NCBI GenBank assembly: GCA_963752795.1
Contig: CAVVZH010000010.1
Location: 6,851-70,850, forward strand
Direction: 5' to 3'
Length of the DNA stretch: 64,000 nt
Source of the DNA: an uncultured Alphaproteobacteria bacterium
Lineage (GTDB): Bacteria; Pseudomonadota; Alphaproteobacteria; Rhizobiales; Rhizobiaceae
The translations under genes were made by a program, and so were the position numbers. A model generated the notes under the pieces. The model saw only the letters and a list, made by a program, of their open reading frames with translations. It did not search any database and had not been told where the DNA came from. Shown here in pieces: positions 21,644 to 31,656 of the stretch. Position 1 is the first letter of the stretch, and every line of letters starts with the position of its first letter.

Positions 21644-22612
21644 GTGGCAATCAGCACGCGTCAGGATAACGGAACCGCGAGCAGGCTCGACGACGCGGCG
21701 CGCGCCGGCTGGCTCTATTACGTTGCCGGCAATACGCAGGACCAGATCGCCGCCAAACTCGGCGTGTCGCGCCAATCGGCGCAACGGCTGGTGTCGTTTG
21801 CCGTTTCGGAGGGCTTGGTTCGGGTCCGTATCGATCATCCGATCGCCAATTGCCTGGAACTGGCCAGGGAACTCCGGTCGCGTTACGCGCTCGACCTGGC
21901 GGAAGTGGTGCCGAGCGACCCCGATTCGCCTTCGACGACGATCGGGGTCGCGGAGGCGGCGGCGGCGGAAATCGAGCGACGGCTGGCTTCTGCCGAGCCC
22001 GTCGTCATGGCGCTGGGAACGGGGCGAACGCTGAAAGCCGCGGTCGAACAACTTCCCGCAATGGAGTGCCCGCAGCACAAGGTCGTGTCGCTGACCGGCA
22101 ACATCGCGCCAGACGGCTCGGCGGCTTTTTACAACGTCATCTTCACCCTTGCCGACACGGTCAAAGCGCGCAGCTTCCCGATGCCGCTTCCGGTTATCGC
22201 CTCCTCGCCGGAAGAACGCGAAATGCTGCTCAGCCAGCCCATGATCCAGCCTACCCTAGCGCTGGCCGCGCAGGCCGACATCACCTTTATCGGCATCGGC
22301 GACCTCGGCCCGGATGCGCCGCTTTATGAAGACGGATTCATTACGGAAGCGGAACTGAAGGCGCTGCAGAAGGCCGGAGCCGTCGCGGAGATCGTCGGAT
22401 GGGCTTTTGACGGCGATGGCCGCCTGATCGACGGCATCACCAACGACCGGGTTGCCTCGGCGCCGATTCCGTCACGCGAGAAATCGCTCGTGGTGGCGCT
22501 GGCAATGGGCAAGCGCAAGCTTCCGGGCATCCGGGCCGCCGCCAACCGACGTCTCATCAACGGCCTCATCACCGACGAGCGGACGGCGGCGGCGCTATTG
22601 GAAAAAGACTAG
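21644..22612 (+). CDS. smoC: SorC/DeoR-family sugar-binding transcriptional regulator
   Basis: DDAARAGWLYY..GNTQDQIA HTH plus a sugar-binding domain ending LITDE. GTG start after AGGA; ATG 21632 is the alternative. Confidence 0.9.
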   Translation: MAISTRQDNGTASRLDDAARAGWLYYVAGNTQDQIAAKLGVSRQSAQRLVSFAVSEGLVRVRIDHPIANCLELARELRSRYALDLAEVVPSDPDSPSTTIGVAEAAAAEIERRLASAEPVVMALGTGRTLKAAVEQLPAMECPQHKVVSLTGNIAPDGSAAFYNVIFTLADTVKARSFPMPLPVIASSPEEREMLLSQPMIQPTLALAAQADITFIGIGDLGPDAPLYEDGFITEAELKALQKAGAVAEIVGWAFDGDGRLIDGITNDRVASAPIPSREKSLVVALAMGKRKLPGIRAAANRRLINGLITDERTAAALLEKD

Positions 22613-22630
22613 GCCGCCAGCGCAAGACCT

Positions 22631-23230
22631 TCAGGAGGCTTTGGGCGCGCCCCAGCGAAGGCCGCCCATGAGCAGCGAAACGAGACGGTGGGATCGCTCG
22701 CGCCAATCCTTCGTGTCAGGTGCGGAATAGATGCTCGACAGCGCGTGCGCCACATCGGTGGCATCGATGTCGCCGCGGATCGAACCGTCGGCCATGGCGG
22801 TATCGACCATGCGCTTCAGCGTTTCCGATACCCTTCCGGCCGTCTCCGAACGCAAGGTCGAATCCGCGCCGAGAAGAATCTTCAAGCTGGCGGCGAGGCC
22901 GCGCTTGGTGGCGATATAGTCGACGAAGCGCAGCATCCATTGCTCGAGCGCCGCGTCTGGCGGCAGGGTCCGCGAGAGTTCTTCGGCGGCGGCGCAGACC
23001 GCTTCGACCTCGCGGCGGTAGACGATCTCGACCAGATGCTCGCGCGTCGGGAAATGCCGGTAGAGCGTTCCTATCCCCACGCCGGCGCGACGCGCGATGT
23101 CCTCCAGCGACGCCTCGACGCCATGTTCAGCGAAGGCAGCGGCGGCGGCCTCGACAAGCTTGTCGCGATTGCGGCGCGCATCGACGCGCATCTTTTCCTG
23201 GGGATTCGCCGAGCCGTCCTTTTCCCGCAC
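22631..23230 (-). CDS. TetR/AcrR family transcriptional regulator
   Basis: RVDARRNR...IARRAGVGIGTLYRHFPTRE. Start uncertain (23191, 23230 or 23302). Confidence 0.9.
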   Translation of the reverse strand: MREKDGSANPQEKMRVDARRNRDKLVEAAAAAFAEHGVEASLEDIARRAGVGIGTLYRHFPTREHLVEIVYRREVEAVCAAAEELSRTLPPDAALEQWMLRFVDYIATKRGLAASLKILLGADSTLRSETAGRVSETLKRMVDTAMADGSIRGDIDATDVAHALSSIYSAPDTKDWRERSHRLVSLLMGGLRWGAPKAS

Positions 23231-23290
23231 CGTCTCGCCAGCCGTCTCGCAACCGCTGGAAGAAAAATTCACCGAAGCGTCTTTGCCGGG

Positions 23291-23345
23291 CTTGAAACCC
23301 ATGGGGCCGAACTCTATTTCAATAAACGGAGGGTCCTCCGCTTAT
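23291..23345 (+). promoter_or_regulatory. Sigma70 promoter followed by a palindromic TetR operator
   Basis: CTTGAA-N17-CTATTT at 23291-23319, then ATAAACGGAGGGTCCTCCGCTTAT at 23322-23345. Confidence 0.65.
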
Positions 23346-23524
23346 GCGAGCGAGCCCTCCCGAGGCCTAATCATCAATATCGAGTATGCCATGTATCCTG
23401 TCCATGCAAGGCCGTCCCGACACCGCAGCCTACCCTTTGCGCCCGTCGATCCGAACGCCTTCCGGAAGCTTTTCCCTCATCTGGGCCGCCGAGGCCCCGC
23501 GTCAAGCATTGGAGCCCGACGCCC

Positions 23525-24001
23525 ATGACGAACCGAACCACGCTCAATCTCACCATCAACGGAAAGACCGAGACGCTGGAAGCCGAGCCGCGCGTCACGC
23601 TGCTCGATGCGCTGCGCGAGCACATCGGCCTGACCGGAACCAAGAAGGGCTGCGACCAGGGCCAGTGCGGCGCCTGCACCGTTCATGTCGATGGCGAGCG
23701 CGTGCTCGCCTGCCTGACGCTGGCGGCGCAGGTCGAAGGCCGCGCCGTCACCACCATCGAGGGGCTTTCCGCACCCGGCGGCGACCCGCATCCCGTCCAG
23801 GCGGCGTTCCTCGAACATGACGCGTTCCAGTGCGGCTACTGCACGCCGGGCCAGATCATGTCGGCGGCGGCCTGCATCCGCGAGGGCCATGCCGGGTCGG
23901 ACGACGAGATCCGCGAATACATGTCGGGCAATCTCTGCCGCTGCGGCGCTTACCCCCACATCGTCGCCGCCGTGCGCCAGGCTGCGGAGGCATCATCATG
24001 A
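23525..24001 (+). CDS. Xanthine dehydrogenase family (PaoA/YagT-like) 2Fe-2S subunit
   Basis: GTKKGCDQGQCGACT, QCGYCTPG and GNLCRCGAY motifs; no Tat signal visible. Confidence 0.93.
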   Translation: MTNRTTLNLTINGKTETLEAEPRVTLLDALREHIGLTGTKKGCDQGQCGACTVHVDGERVLACLTLAAQVEGRAVTTIEGLSAPGGDPHPVQAAFLEHDAFQCGYCTPGQIMSAAACIREGHAGSDDEIREYMSGNLCRCGAYPHIVAAVRQAAEASS

Positions 24002-24981
24002 GAGATTTTTCCTATCAGCGAGCGACGACAGCCGAAGAGGCGCGGCGGGCCGCGGCCTTGCCGGGAGCCATGCTGCTTGCCGGCGGCACGACCCTCGTGG
24101 ACCTCGCCAAATGCGGTGTCGCCGAGCCGGACAGCGTGATCGATATCAGTCGCCTCGCCGGCATGGACGGAGTAGTGGCGAACGCCGCCGGGGCCGAGAT
24201 CGGCGCATTGGCGAAAATGAGCCGGGTAGCAAGCGATCCGGGCGTGCGTGAGTTCTTCCCGGCGATTTCCGAGGCGCTGAACCAGGGCGCATCGGCGCAA
24301 TTGCGCAACATGGCGACGATCGGCGGCAATCTGATGCAGCGTACCCGCTGCCCCTATTTCCGCGATCCGAAGAATTTTCCCGCGTGCAACAAGCGCAATC
24401 CCGGCAGCGGCTGCTCGGCCATCGGCGGCGTCACCCGCAACCATGCGGTGCTCGGCACGAGCGAAGCCTGCATCGCCGCCAATCCGGGCGATCTCGCCGT
24501 GGCGCTGGTGGCGTTCGACGCCATCGTTCATCTCGGCGGGCGGCAGATGCCGATCGATGATTTCTTTTTGCTGCCCGGCGACATGCCGGAGAAGGAACAT
24601 CCGATGCTGCCGGGCGAGATGATCACCGGCATCAGCATTCCAGCTTCACCGGCGGCGCGTCGCTCGGTCTATCTCAAGGTGCGCGACCGGCAATCCTATG
24701 AGTTCGCGGCGGCAAGTGCCGCCGTCGGCATCGAATTCGAGGAAGATGGACGCACGGTTCGCGATTTGCGCGTCGCGCTCGGCGGCGTGGCGACGAAACC
24801 GTGGCGGGCGCGTGGCGTCGAGGAAGCCCTGAAGGGCCGGACGATCGACCCGGAAACCGTGCGGCTGGCGAGCATGCTTGCCGTCAAAGGCGCGGTTGCC
24901 CGTGGCGGCAACCAATACAAGATCGATCTGGCGCCGCGCGTTGTGGCGCGCGCCATCCTCAAACTGGGAGACGCGGCATGA
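23998..24981 (+). CDS. Xanthine dehydrogenase family (PaoB/YagS-like) FAD subunit
   Basis: LAGGTTLVD, QLRNMATIGGNLMQRTRCPYFR, Cys insert typical of the 4Fe-4S site, and YLKVRDRQSYEFA. Confidence 0.93.
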   Translation: MRDFSYQRATTAEEARRAAALPGAMLLAGGTTLVDLAKCGVAEPDSVIDISRLAGMDGVVANAAGAEIGALAKMSRVASDPGVREFFPAISEALNQGASAQLRNMATIGGNLMQRTRCPYFRDPKNFPACNKRNPGSGCSAIGGVTRNHAVLGTSEACIAANPGDLAVALVAFDAIVHLGGRQMPIDDFFLLPGDMPEKEHPMLPGEMITGISIPASPAARRSVYLKVRDRQSYEFAAASAAVGIEFEEDGRTVRDLRVALGGVATKPWRARGVEEALKGRTIDPETVRLASMLAVKGAVARGGNQYKIDLAPRVVARAILKLGDAA

Positions 24982-27287
24982 GCCCTGTCGAAACACTTCG
25001 CAAACATGGCGACGCATCCGACACTCCGGCGGACGCTTCACCGCTTGGCGCCCGCATCGCGCGCATCGACGGCCCGGTGAAGGTTCGCGGCGCGGCGCGT
25101 TATCCGCTGGAATATCGTCCCGAAGGCATGGTCCATGCCGTACTTGTCGGCAGCAGGATCGCCGCCGGCCGCGTCACGCGCATCAATGTATCGGCCGCCG
25201 GGTCCTTGCCGGGCGTGCTTCTGGTGCTGCACCGCGAAAACGCGCTGGCGCTCAAGGCAGCCTCCGACTGGCTGGGCAACAAACCGCCGGAGGGCACTCC
25301 CTTCTCGCCGTTCCCCGACGAGATCACCTTCGCCGGCCAGCCTGTCGCGGCGATCGTCGCCGAGACGTTCGAGCAGGCGACGGAAGCCGCCCGCCAGCTC
25401 GAGATCGAATACGAAGCCGCGCCGGTGGTCGCCGGGTTGAGAGAGCCGAATGCCGCCAGCGGCACGGAAGCACCCGGCTCGGCCAAGGGCTGGGGCGACG
25501 CCGAGGCGGCGCTTGCCTCATCGCCGGTGCGCATCGAGCATGAATATTTCACCTCGCGCGAATACCAGGCGCCGATGGAGCCGCATGGCAGCATCGCCGG
25601 CTGGGAAGGCAATCAACTGACCATCTGGGAGCCGAGCCAGTGGCTCGACGGAATGGCCCGCACCTACGCGGAATGGTTCGACATCCCCTTCGAGAAGGTG
25701 CGCCTCGTCTCGCCCTATCTCGGTGGTGGCTTCGGCTCAAAAGGGTTCTGTTATCCGCAGGACGCCATCGCGCCGATGGCCGCAAGGATGCTCGGCCGCC
25801 CGGTCAAGCTGCCACTGACGCGGTCGCAGACCTTCGAGCTTGTCGGCGGACGTGCCGCGACCCGGCAGAAAATCGCACTCGGCGCCACCCGCGAAGGCAA
25901 GCTCCTGTCGCTGGTGCAAAGCGGCGCCAGCGAGACCTCGATCAAGGGTATGTGGGTGGAATCGATCGCGGCGGCCACGACGCTGCTCTACGACATCCCC
26001 AATCTGTCGACCCGGCAGAACGTCGTGCGGGTCAACTCGGTCATGCCGGGCGCCAAGCGCGCGCCGGGCAAGGCGCCCAGCGCCTACGGCATCGAATGCG
26101 CCATCGACGAACTGGCGCATGAGCTCGGCATCGATCCGCTCGAGATGCGGCTGCTCAACTATGCCGAACAGGATCCCGAGGCGAAGAAGCCTTGGTCGAC
26201 GCGGCAATTGCGCGAGGGCTTCCATGAAGCCACCAAAGCTTTCGGCTGGTCGAATCGGAGTGCGGCGCCGCGCTCCATGCGCGACGGCAACCAGTTGATC
26301 GGATGGGGCATGGGGGTCGGCACCTTCCCGGTCATCCGCGCGGCCAGCGAAGCGATGATCACGGTGCGTGGCGACGGGGTGGAGGTGTCCTCCAGCACGG
26401 TCGATATGGGCCAGGGCGCCTATACGATCCTCGCCCAGACGGCGGCGGAGATCTTCGGCCTGCCGGATTCGGCGGTCACCGTCACGCTTGGCGATTCGCG
26501 GCTGGCGCGCGCCGGGGTCGCCGGTGGCTCGCGCATGGCGAATGCCATGGTCGGCGCCGTGCACAAGGCGGCGCTCGCGGCGCGCGACGAGCTTGTCGAA
26601 CTCGCCATTGGCCACCCGGACTCGCCTTTCCGCGAGTTGCAGGCGAACACGTTGACGGTGGCGGCCGGACGCATCGCCTCGCCGGTCGGACAGGGCCGCG
26701 AAATGTCGATCGGCGCTTTCCTCGACACGATCGGCCGCGACAGCATCGAGACCAAGCGTGACACGCTGGCCGAGCACGGCCTGAAACCCGAGGACGCCTA
26801 TGCCAACTATACGACGGTGGCGACCGGCGTTCCGCCGACCGCCGGCGACTATTCGATGCACAGCTGGTGCGTGCATTTCGTCGAAGTGAAGGTCGACGAG
26901 GATTTCGGCACCGTGCGGGCGAGCCGCGTGGTATCGGCCTTCGATTGCGGCCGGCTTTACAATCCGCGCCTCGTGGAAAGCCAGTGGCATGGCGGCGTCA
27001 TCATGGGGCTTGGCCAGGCGCTGCTCGAGGAGGCGGTGATCGACCCGCGCAACGGGCGCATGATGAACGCCAGTTTCGGCGACTACCTGGTGCCGACCAA
27101 TGCCGATATCCCCGACATCAAGGTGATCTCGGTCGGCATCCCCGACCCGCATGCCTCCGTGATGGGCGGCAAGGGCGTCGGCGAAGTGGGCATCGTCGGC
27201 GTCGCGCCGGCGGTCGCCAATGCCGTCTTCCACGCCACCGGCAAGCGCATCCGCGAGTTGCCGATCACCATGGAGAAGCTGATTTAA
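24978..27287 (+). CDS. Xanthine dehydrogenase family (PaoC/YagR-like) molybdopterin subunit
   Basis: PMEPH, GGGFGSK, RAPG, DMGQG and GKGVGEVG (catalytic Glu) motifs. Confidence 0.93.
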   Translation: MSPVETLRKHGDASDTPADASPLGARIARIDGPVKVRGAARYPLEYRPEGMVHAVLVGSRIAAGRVTRINVSAAGSLPGVLLVLHRENALALKAASDWLGNKPPEGTPFSPFPDEITFAGQPVAAIVAETFEQATEAARQLEIEYEAAPVVAGLREPNAASGTEAPGSAKGWGDAEAALASSPVRIEHEYFTSREYQAPMEPHGSIAGWEGNQLTIWEPSQWLDGMARTYAEWFDIPFEKVRLVSPYLGGGFGSKGFCYPQDAIAPMAARMLGRPVKLPLTRSQTFELVGGRAATRQKIALGATREGKLLSLVQSGASETSIKGMWVESIAAATTLLYDIPNLSTRQNVVRVNSVMPGAKRAPGKAPSAYGIECAIDELAHELGIDPLEMRLLNYAEQDPEAKKPWSTRQLREGFHEATKAFGWSNRSAAPRSMRDGNQLIGWGMGVGTFPVIRAASEAMITVRGDGVEVSSSTVDMGQGAYTILAQTAAEIFGLPDSAVTVTLGDSRLARAGVAGGSRMANAMVGAVHKAALAARDELVELAIGHPDSPFRELQANTLTVAAGRIASPVGQGREMSIGAFLDTIGRDSIETKRDTLAEHGLKPEDAYANYTTVATGVPPTAGDYSMHSWCVHFVEVKVDEDFGTVRASRVVSAFDCGRLYNPRLVESQWHGGVIMGLGQALLEEAVIDPRNGRMMNASFGDYLVPTNADIPDIKVISVGIPDPHASVMGGKGVGEVGIVGVAPAVANAVFHATGKRIRELPITMEKLI

Positions 27288-27301
27288 GCGGCGCTTTTTC
27301 G

Positions 27302-27397
27302 TGCGTCCTTCGAGGCTCGCTGTGCTCGCACCTCAGGATGAGGCCAACTTCCCTCATCCTGAGGTGCGAACCCGAAGGGTGAGCCTCGAAGGAGGCA
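27302..27397. repeat. Palindromic REP/RIME-like element made of two inverted units
   Basis: TCCTTCGAGGCTC...GCACCTCAGGATGAGG paired with CCTCATCCTGAGGTGCG...GAGCCTCGAAGGA, lying between convergent genes. Confidence 0.8.
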
Positions 27398-27412
27398 TGC
27401 CGCTTAGCAAAC

Positions 27413-28366
27413 TTATTTCGCCGCCGTAACGTCCACAGTGACATCTGACAACGGCGGTGCCCGCTTGATCAACCCGCGCTTGACCAGGAAATCGGCAAAG
27501 CGCTTGTAGCGCCCGGGATCGAATGCCGCCGGGCTCTTGGAAAAGCGCGGCAGCGTATCCTTCCACGCTTGCCTGTTGAGCGCATCGTCGAGGTCGGGAT
27601 AGGCGGTAATGAAATCGCGCCACGCCTCGTCCGGATGGTTGGTCAGGAACAGCGACGCCCGTTCGACCGCCGACAGGAAACGCGGAAGCCTAGGATCGTG
27701 GGCGAGCGCGGGCCGGGTGATGTAGATCAGTTCGTCATAGGGCGGTACGCCATGCTCTTCCGGATAGAAGGCGAGGCCGGGATGGCCGGCAAGCCGCATC
27801 TGCGTCAGCTCGAAATTGCGGTAGCCGCCGATGACGGCGTCGACCTTGCCGGCAAGCAGCGACGGCGACAGCGAGAAATTGACGTTGACGAGGTTCACGT
27901 CCTTCAGCCCCAGTCCGACGCTCGACAGCATCTCGCCGAGCAGGGCGTCCTCGAAACCCGAAACCGAGTATCCGACCGACTTGCCCTTGAGGTCGGCGAG
28001 TGACTTCACCGGACCGCCGGCGAGCGCGATGACGCTGTTTAGCGGTGTCTCGATCAGCGTGCCGAAGCGCATGATCGGCACGCCGGCGGCATGGTCGAGA
28101 TAGAGGTTGGGCTGGTAGTAGACGCCGACATCGGCCTGTCCCGCGCCGACCAGGCGAGGTACGGAGGATGGATCGGAGGGCGGCACCAAGGTGACGTACA
28201 GCCCCTCGTCCTTGAAGAACCCTTCCTGCTTGGCCACCACCAGCGGCGCGTGGTCGGGATTGACGAACCAGTCGAGCAGCACGGTCAGCTTGTCGGCCGC
28301 GAAGGCCGGCGTGGCGAGCAGACTGGCCGAGAGGGCGCAGGCCATAATCAGCGTCTTTGGTCTCAT
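27413..28366 (-). CDS. thiY: NMT1/THI5-like HMP/thiamine-precursor ABC substrate-binding protein
   Basis: Signal peptide; LLDWFVNPDH, IGGYRNFE and PPYDELI motifs; lies in the thi operon. Confidence 0.85.
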   Translation of the reverse strand: MRPKTLIMACALSASLLATPAFAADKLTVLLDWFVNPDHAPLVVAKQEGFFKDEGLYVTLVPPSDPSSVPRLVGAGQADVGVYYQPNLYLDHAAGVPIMRFGTLIETPLNSVIALAGGPVKSLADLKGKSVGYSVSGFEDALLGEMLSSVGLGLKDVNLVNVNFSLSPSLLAGKVDAVIGGYRNFELTQMRLAGHPGLAFYPEEHGVPPYDELIYITRPALAHDPRLPRFLSAVERASLFLTNHPDEAWRDFITAYPDLDDALNRQAWKDTLPRFSKSPAAFDPGRYKRFADFLVKRGLIKRAPPLSDVTVDVTAAK

Positions 28367-29175
28367 GCGTTTTGTTCCTCTGTTTGCCGGCTTTCTTCCC
28401 ACGGCGTCAGCAAGGGTGCGAGCCGATCGACGATCTGCCGAAGCAGCAGGCTGAGCGCGGCAAGCAGCGCCATGGCGGCGAAGACCGTATCGGTCTGCAT
28501 GCGGGCATTGGCCTGTACCATGACGAAGCCCAGTCCCGCCGAGGCGCCGACCCATTCGCCGACGACCGCGCCGAGCGGCGCCAGCGGAGCGGCGATGCGC
28601 AGGCCCGAGGCAAGCGAAGGCATGGCGAGCGGCAGGCGGATGTAGCGCAGCGTCTGCCAATGGGTCGCCGGTGTCAGCGCCACGGCGTCGAGTATGTCGG
28701 CGTCGGTGCGGCGCAGCCCGTCGGCGAAGGTCGAGGCGACCGGGAAGAAGATTATGATCGACGCCATGATGATCTTCGAGCCCATGCCGAAGCCGAACCA
28801 GACCACCAGCAACGGCGCGACGACGAAGACCGGAAAAGACTGGACGAAGAGAAGCAGCGGCCAGACCAGCCGTCCGAGACGAGGGATTGCCGCCATCGCC
28901 AGCGCCACCAGCGCGCCGAAGGACGCGCCGCAGAGGAACCCGAGCAGGATTTCGCTGACCGTGACCAGCCCGTTCCAGGCGAAGAAGCGCGGCTGGCGCG
29001 CCAGCGCGGCGAGCACGTCGATCGGCGAGGGCAGGATATAGGGGGCGGGGCGGAAGCCCCATACGGCCAATTGCCAGACGACCAGCGGCACGGCAATCGC
29101 CGCCAGCAGGCCCGACGCCGACAAGGACATTGCTGACACGGCGCGGCGCGACGGATCCTGGGGGCGCGGAGTCAT
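28363..29175 (-). CDS. thiX: ABC transporter permease (SsuC/ThiX-like)
   Basis: PYILPSP, LVVWFGFG and GAVVGEWVGASAGLG motifs. Start could be 29130. Confidence 0.82.
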   Translation of the reverse strand: MTPRPQDPSRRAVSAMSLSASGLLAAIAVPLVVWQLAVWGFRPAPYILPSPIDVLAALARQPRFFAWNGLVTVSEILLGFLCGASFGALVALAMAAIPRLGRLVWPLLLFVQSFPVFVVAPLLVVWFGFGMGSKIIMASIIIFFPVASTFADGLRRTDADILDAVALTPATHWQTLRYIRLPLAMPSLASGLRIAAPLAPLGAVVGEWVGASAGLGFVMVQANARMQTDTVFAAMALLAALSLLLRQIVDRLAPLLTPWEESRQTEEQNA

Positions 29176-29200
29176 GGCAGTCTCGGAGCCCGCCCTGTTT

Positions 29201-30010
29201 TCACGGCTCGTTCCGCCACAGCGCGTGGAGATGGTGAACCGGCCCGTGGCCGGAGCCAACTGTCACCTCGGAGGCCGCGGCAATGGCCCCCGCCAGATAG
29301 GCTTTCGCGACGGCGACCGCCTCGCGTGGCGTTGCCCCCTTGGCCAATTCCGCCGCGATGGCGCTCGAGAGGGTGCAACCGGTGCCGTGGGTGTTGGCGG
29401 TCGCGACGCGTTTGCCCTCGAACCACTCCACGCCGTCCGGCGTCGCCAAAACATCGGGGCTGCCGTCGCCCTCCAGATGCCCGCCCTTGACCAGCACCGA
29501 GGCCGGCCCGAGGCCGCGCAATCTTTCCGCCTGCGCCGCCATGGCGGCGCGATCGGCGGCAATGGTCTCGCCGAGCAGCGCCGCGGCCTCCGGCAGGTTC
29601 GGCGTGAGCATGGCAGCAAGCGGCAGAAGACGCGCCTTCAGCGCGCCGACCGCGTCGGCGGCCAGAAGCGGCGCGCCACCCTTTGCGATCATCACCGGGT
29701 CAAGAATGACAGGAATGCCGCGATGCGGCGCAAGCGCCGAGGCCACGGCCTCGATGACAGCGGCGTCGGCGATCATGCCGATCTTGATGGCATCGACGCG
29801 GATATCGGCGAAGATCGCCTCGATCTGCCGGGCGACGAATTCGGGGGGCGCGGGATGAACGCCAAATACGCCTTGCGTGTTCTGCGCCGTCAGCGCGGTA
29901 ATGACCGCCATGCCATAGACGCCGCGCGCGGCGAAGGTCTTGAGGTCGGCCTGGATGCCGGCGCCGCCGGATGGATCCGACCCGGCGATGGAAAGGACGT
30001 TGCGGATCAT
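29201..30010 (-). CDS. thiD: Hydroxymethylpyrimidine/phosphomethylpyrimidine kinase
   Basis: [25 protein letters not shown] and THGTGCTLS motifs. Confidence 0.97.
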   Translation of the reverse strand: MIRNVLSIAGSDPSGGAGIQADLKTFAARGVYGMAVITALTAQNTQGVFGVHPAPPEFVARQIEAIFADIRVDAIKIGMIADAAVIEAVASALAPHRGIPVILDPVMIAKGGAPLLAADAVGALKARLLPLAAMLTPNLPEAAALLGETIAADRAAMAAQAERLRGLGPASVLVKGGHLEGDGSPDVLATPDGVEWFEGKRVATANTHGTGCTLSSAIAAELAKGATPREAVAVAKAYLAGAIAAASEVTVGSGHGPVHHLHALWRNEP

Positions 30011-30693
30011 CTTCCGCTCTCCGGAAGCGCTTCGAGGTAGATCTCCTTCATGCGCATCTGCTGGCGCGCGCGGGCGATCGCACCGGCGATCTCCTCGGCC
30101 GCGCGGCGCGGATCGGGCTGGCCGCAGATCGCGGAGACGACGGCGAGGCCGTCGGCCCCGGCGTCCAGCACGGCGGACACATGTTCGGCCTTCAAACCGC
30201 TGATCGCCACCGAAGGCACAGGCGAAGCGGCGACAAGCCTTGCGAGACCGTCGAAGCCGATGGGCTGCTTGTGGTCTGGCTTGGTGGGCGTAGCGAAGAC
30301 CGGACCGACCCCGGCATAGTCGACAATCGCACGATCTATGGCGGCGGCGAGCGCCTCCGTTTCGACCGACAGGCCGAGGATCATGTCCGGCCCGATCATG
30401 GCGCGGGCGAGAGGCGCTTCGCCGTCGTCCTGACCGATATGGAGTCCGTCCGCCCCTATGGCGATGGCGGCTTCCACATCATCGTTGACGACGAGCAGCG
30501 CGCCGCTGCCGGCGAGCGCATCCTTCAGCGCCAACCCCGTCTCGACCAGACGGGCGGTCGAGACGTCCTTGTCGCGCAATTGAACCATGGTCGCTCCGCC
30601 GGCCACCGCCTGCCTCGCGGTCTCGACCATGCCCTTTGCCCCGCAAAGGTTCCGGTCGAGGACCAGATAAAGCGACAGGTCGAAATTTTTCAT
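30007..30693 (-). CDS. thiE: Thiamine-phosphate synthase
   Basis: [24 protein letters not shown] and AVVSAI motifs. Confidence 0.96.
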   Translation of the reverse strand: MKNFDLSLYLVLDRNLCGAKGMVETARQAVAGGATMVQLRDKDVSTARLVETGLALKDALAGSGALLVVNDDVEAAIAIGADGLHIGQDDGEAPLARAMIGPDMILGLSVETEALAAAIDRAIVDYAGVGPVFATPTKPDHKQPIGFDGLARLVAASPVPSVAISGLKAEHVSAVLDAGADGLAVVSAICGQPDPRRAAEEIAGAIARARQQMRMKEIYLEALPESGR

Positions 30694-31511
30694 GCCAGCG
30701 TAACCTCCGCCTGCCTGACCCTTGCCTCGGCGTCGAGGCCCGCGCCGTCGAGCGCCGCCAGCGCGTCAAGGAAGCGCCAGCCGAAGGAACCCGGTCCATC
30801 GGAAAGACGGCCTGTCCGCTCGCCAGCGACGGCGAAGGTGGCCAATGCCGCGACGGTCGCGGCCAATGGATCGCTTGGGCGGATCGCGGCAAAGGCGCCG
30901 ACGAGGCAAGTCAGCGAGCAGCCCAGCGCGGTGATTTGCGGCATCAGGTGCGAGCCCCCTTCAATGCGGACTGCCCGCTTGCCGTCGGTGACGAAATCGA
31001 CCGCGCCAGTCACAGCGACGACAGCCCCATGGCAACGCGCCAACACAAGCGCCGAATCCTCGGCGCGCTCGACCGGATCGCGGCTGTCGACGCCCTGGCC
31101 GGTGCTGGCGCCACCGGCGAGCGCGATGATCTCGGACGCGTTGCCACGGATGACGGCCGGCTTCAGTTGCAGCAATTGCGCCACCGCCTCACGCCGGTAG
31201 GACGTGGCGAAGTGCGCCACCGGATCGAGCACCCACGGTTTGCCGGCTTTGGCCGCCGCCTCGGCGGCGCGTTTCATTCCCGCGACCCAGGCCGGCGACA
31301 GCGTGCCGATATTGACCGTCAGCGCGCCGGCGATCGAAGCGAACTCGGCCGCTTCCTCCTCCGCATGCACCATAGCCGGCGAGGCACCCGCGGCGAGAAC
31401 GACGTTGGCGGCAATGTTCATTGCCACATAGTTGGTGATGCATTGCACCAGCGGGGAAGCCTCGCGCATCTCTTCGAGCAACGCGCCCGGAGTGGAATTC
31501 TCTTTGGTCAT
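30690..31511 (-). CDS. thiM: Hydroxyethylthiazole kinase
   Basis: PLVQCITNYVAMN, NIGTL, LDPV, IRGNASEI and GCSL motifs. Confidence 0.96.
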   Translation of the reverse strand: MTKENSTPGALLEEMREASPLVQCITNYVAMNIAANVVLAAGASPAMVHAEEEAAEFASIAGALTVNIGTLSPAWVAGMKRAAEAAAKAGKPWVLDPVAHFATSYRREAVAQLLQLKPAVIRGNASEIIALAGGASTGQGVDSRDPVERAEDSALVLARCHGAVVAVTGAVDFVTDGKRAVRIEGGSHLMPQITALGCSLTCLVGAFAAIRPSDPLAATVAALATFAVAGERTGRLSDGPGSFGWRFLDALAALDGAGLDAEARVRQAEVTLA

Positions 31512-31568
31512 TTCGCCCCTTTCGGCGGGGGCGATCGCAGGGGGCAAAGAGTGCTGTAAGGCAAGGCC

Positions 31569-31656
31569 CCGAGCGACTTCCTCCGCCAGCATGATCTGGT
31601 TCAGGTTCGAAGGGTGCTTCTCAGTCCGCCTCGCGACGGACGCCCCTGTCTCTCGG
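31569..31656 (-). ncRNA. TPP riboswitch (THI element)
   Basis: Minus strand reads CCGAGAGACAGGGGCG...CTGAGAAGCACCCTTCGAACCTGAACCAGATCATGCTGGCGGAGGAAGTCGCTCGG, immediately upstream of thiM. Confidence 0.95.
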
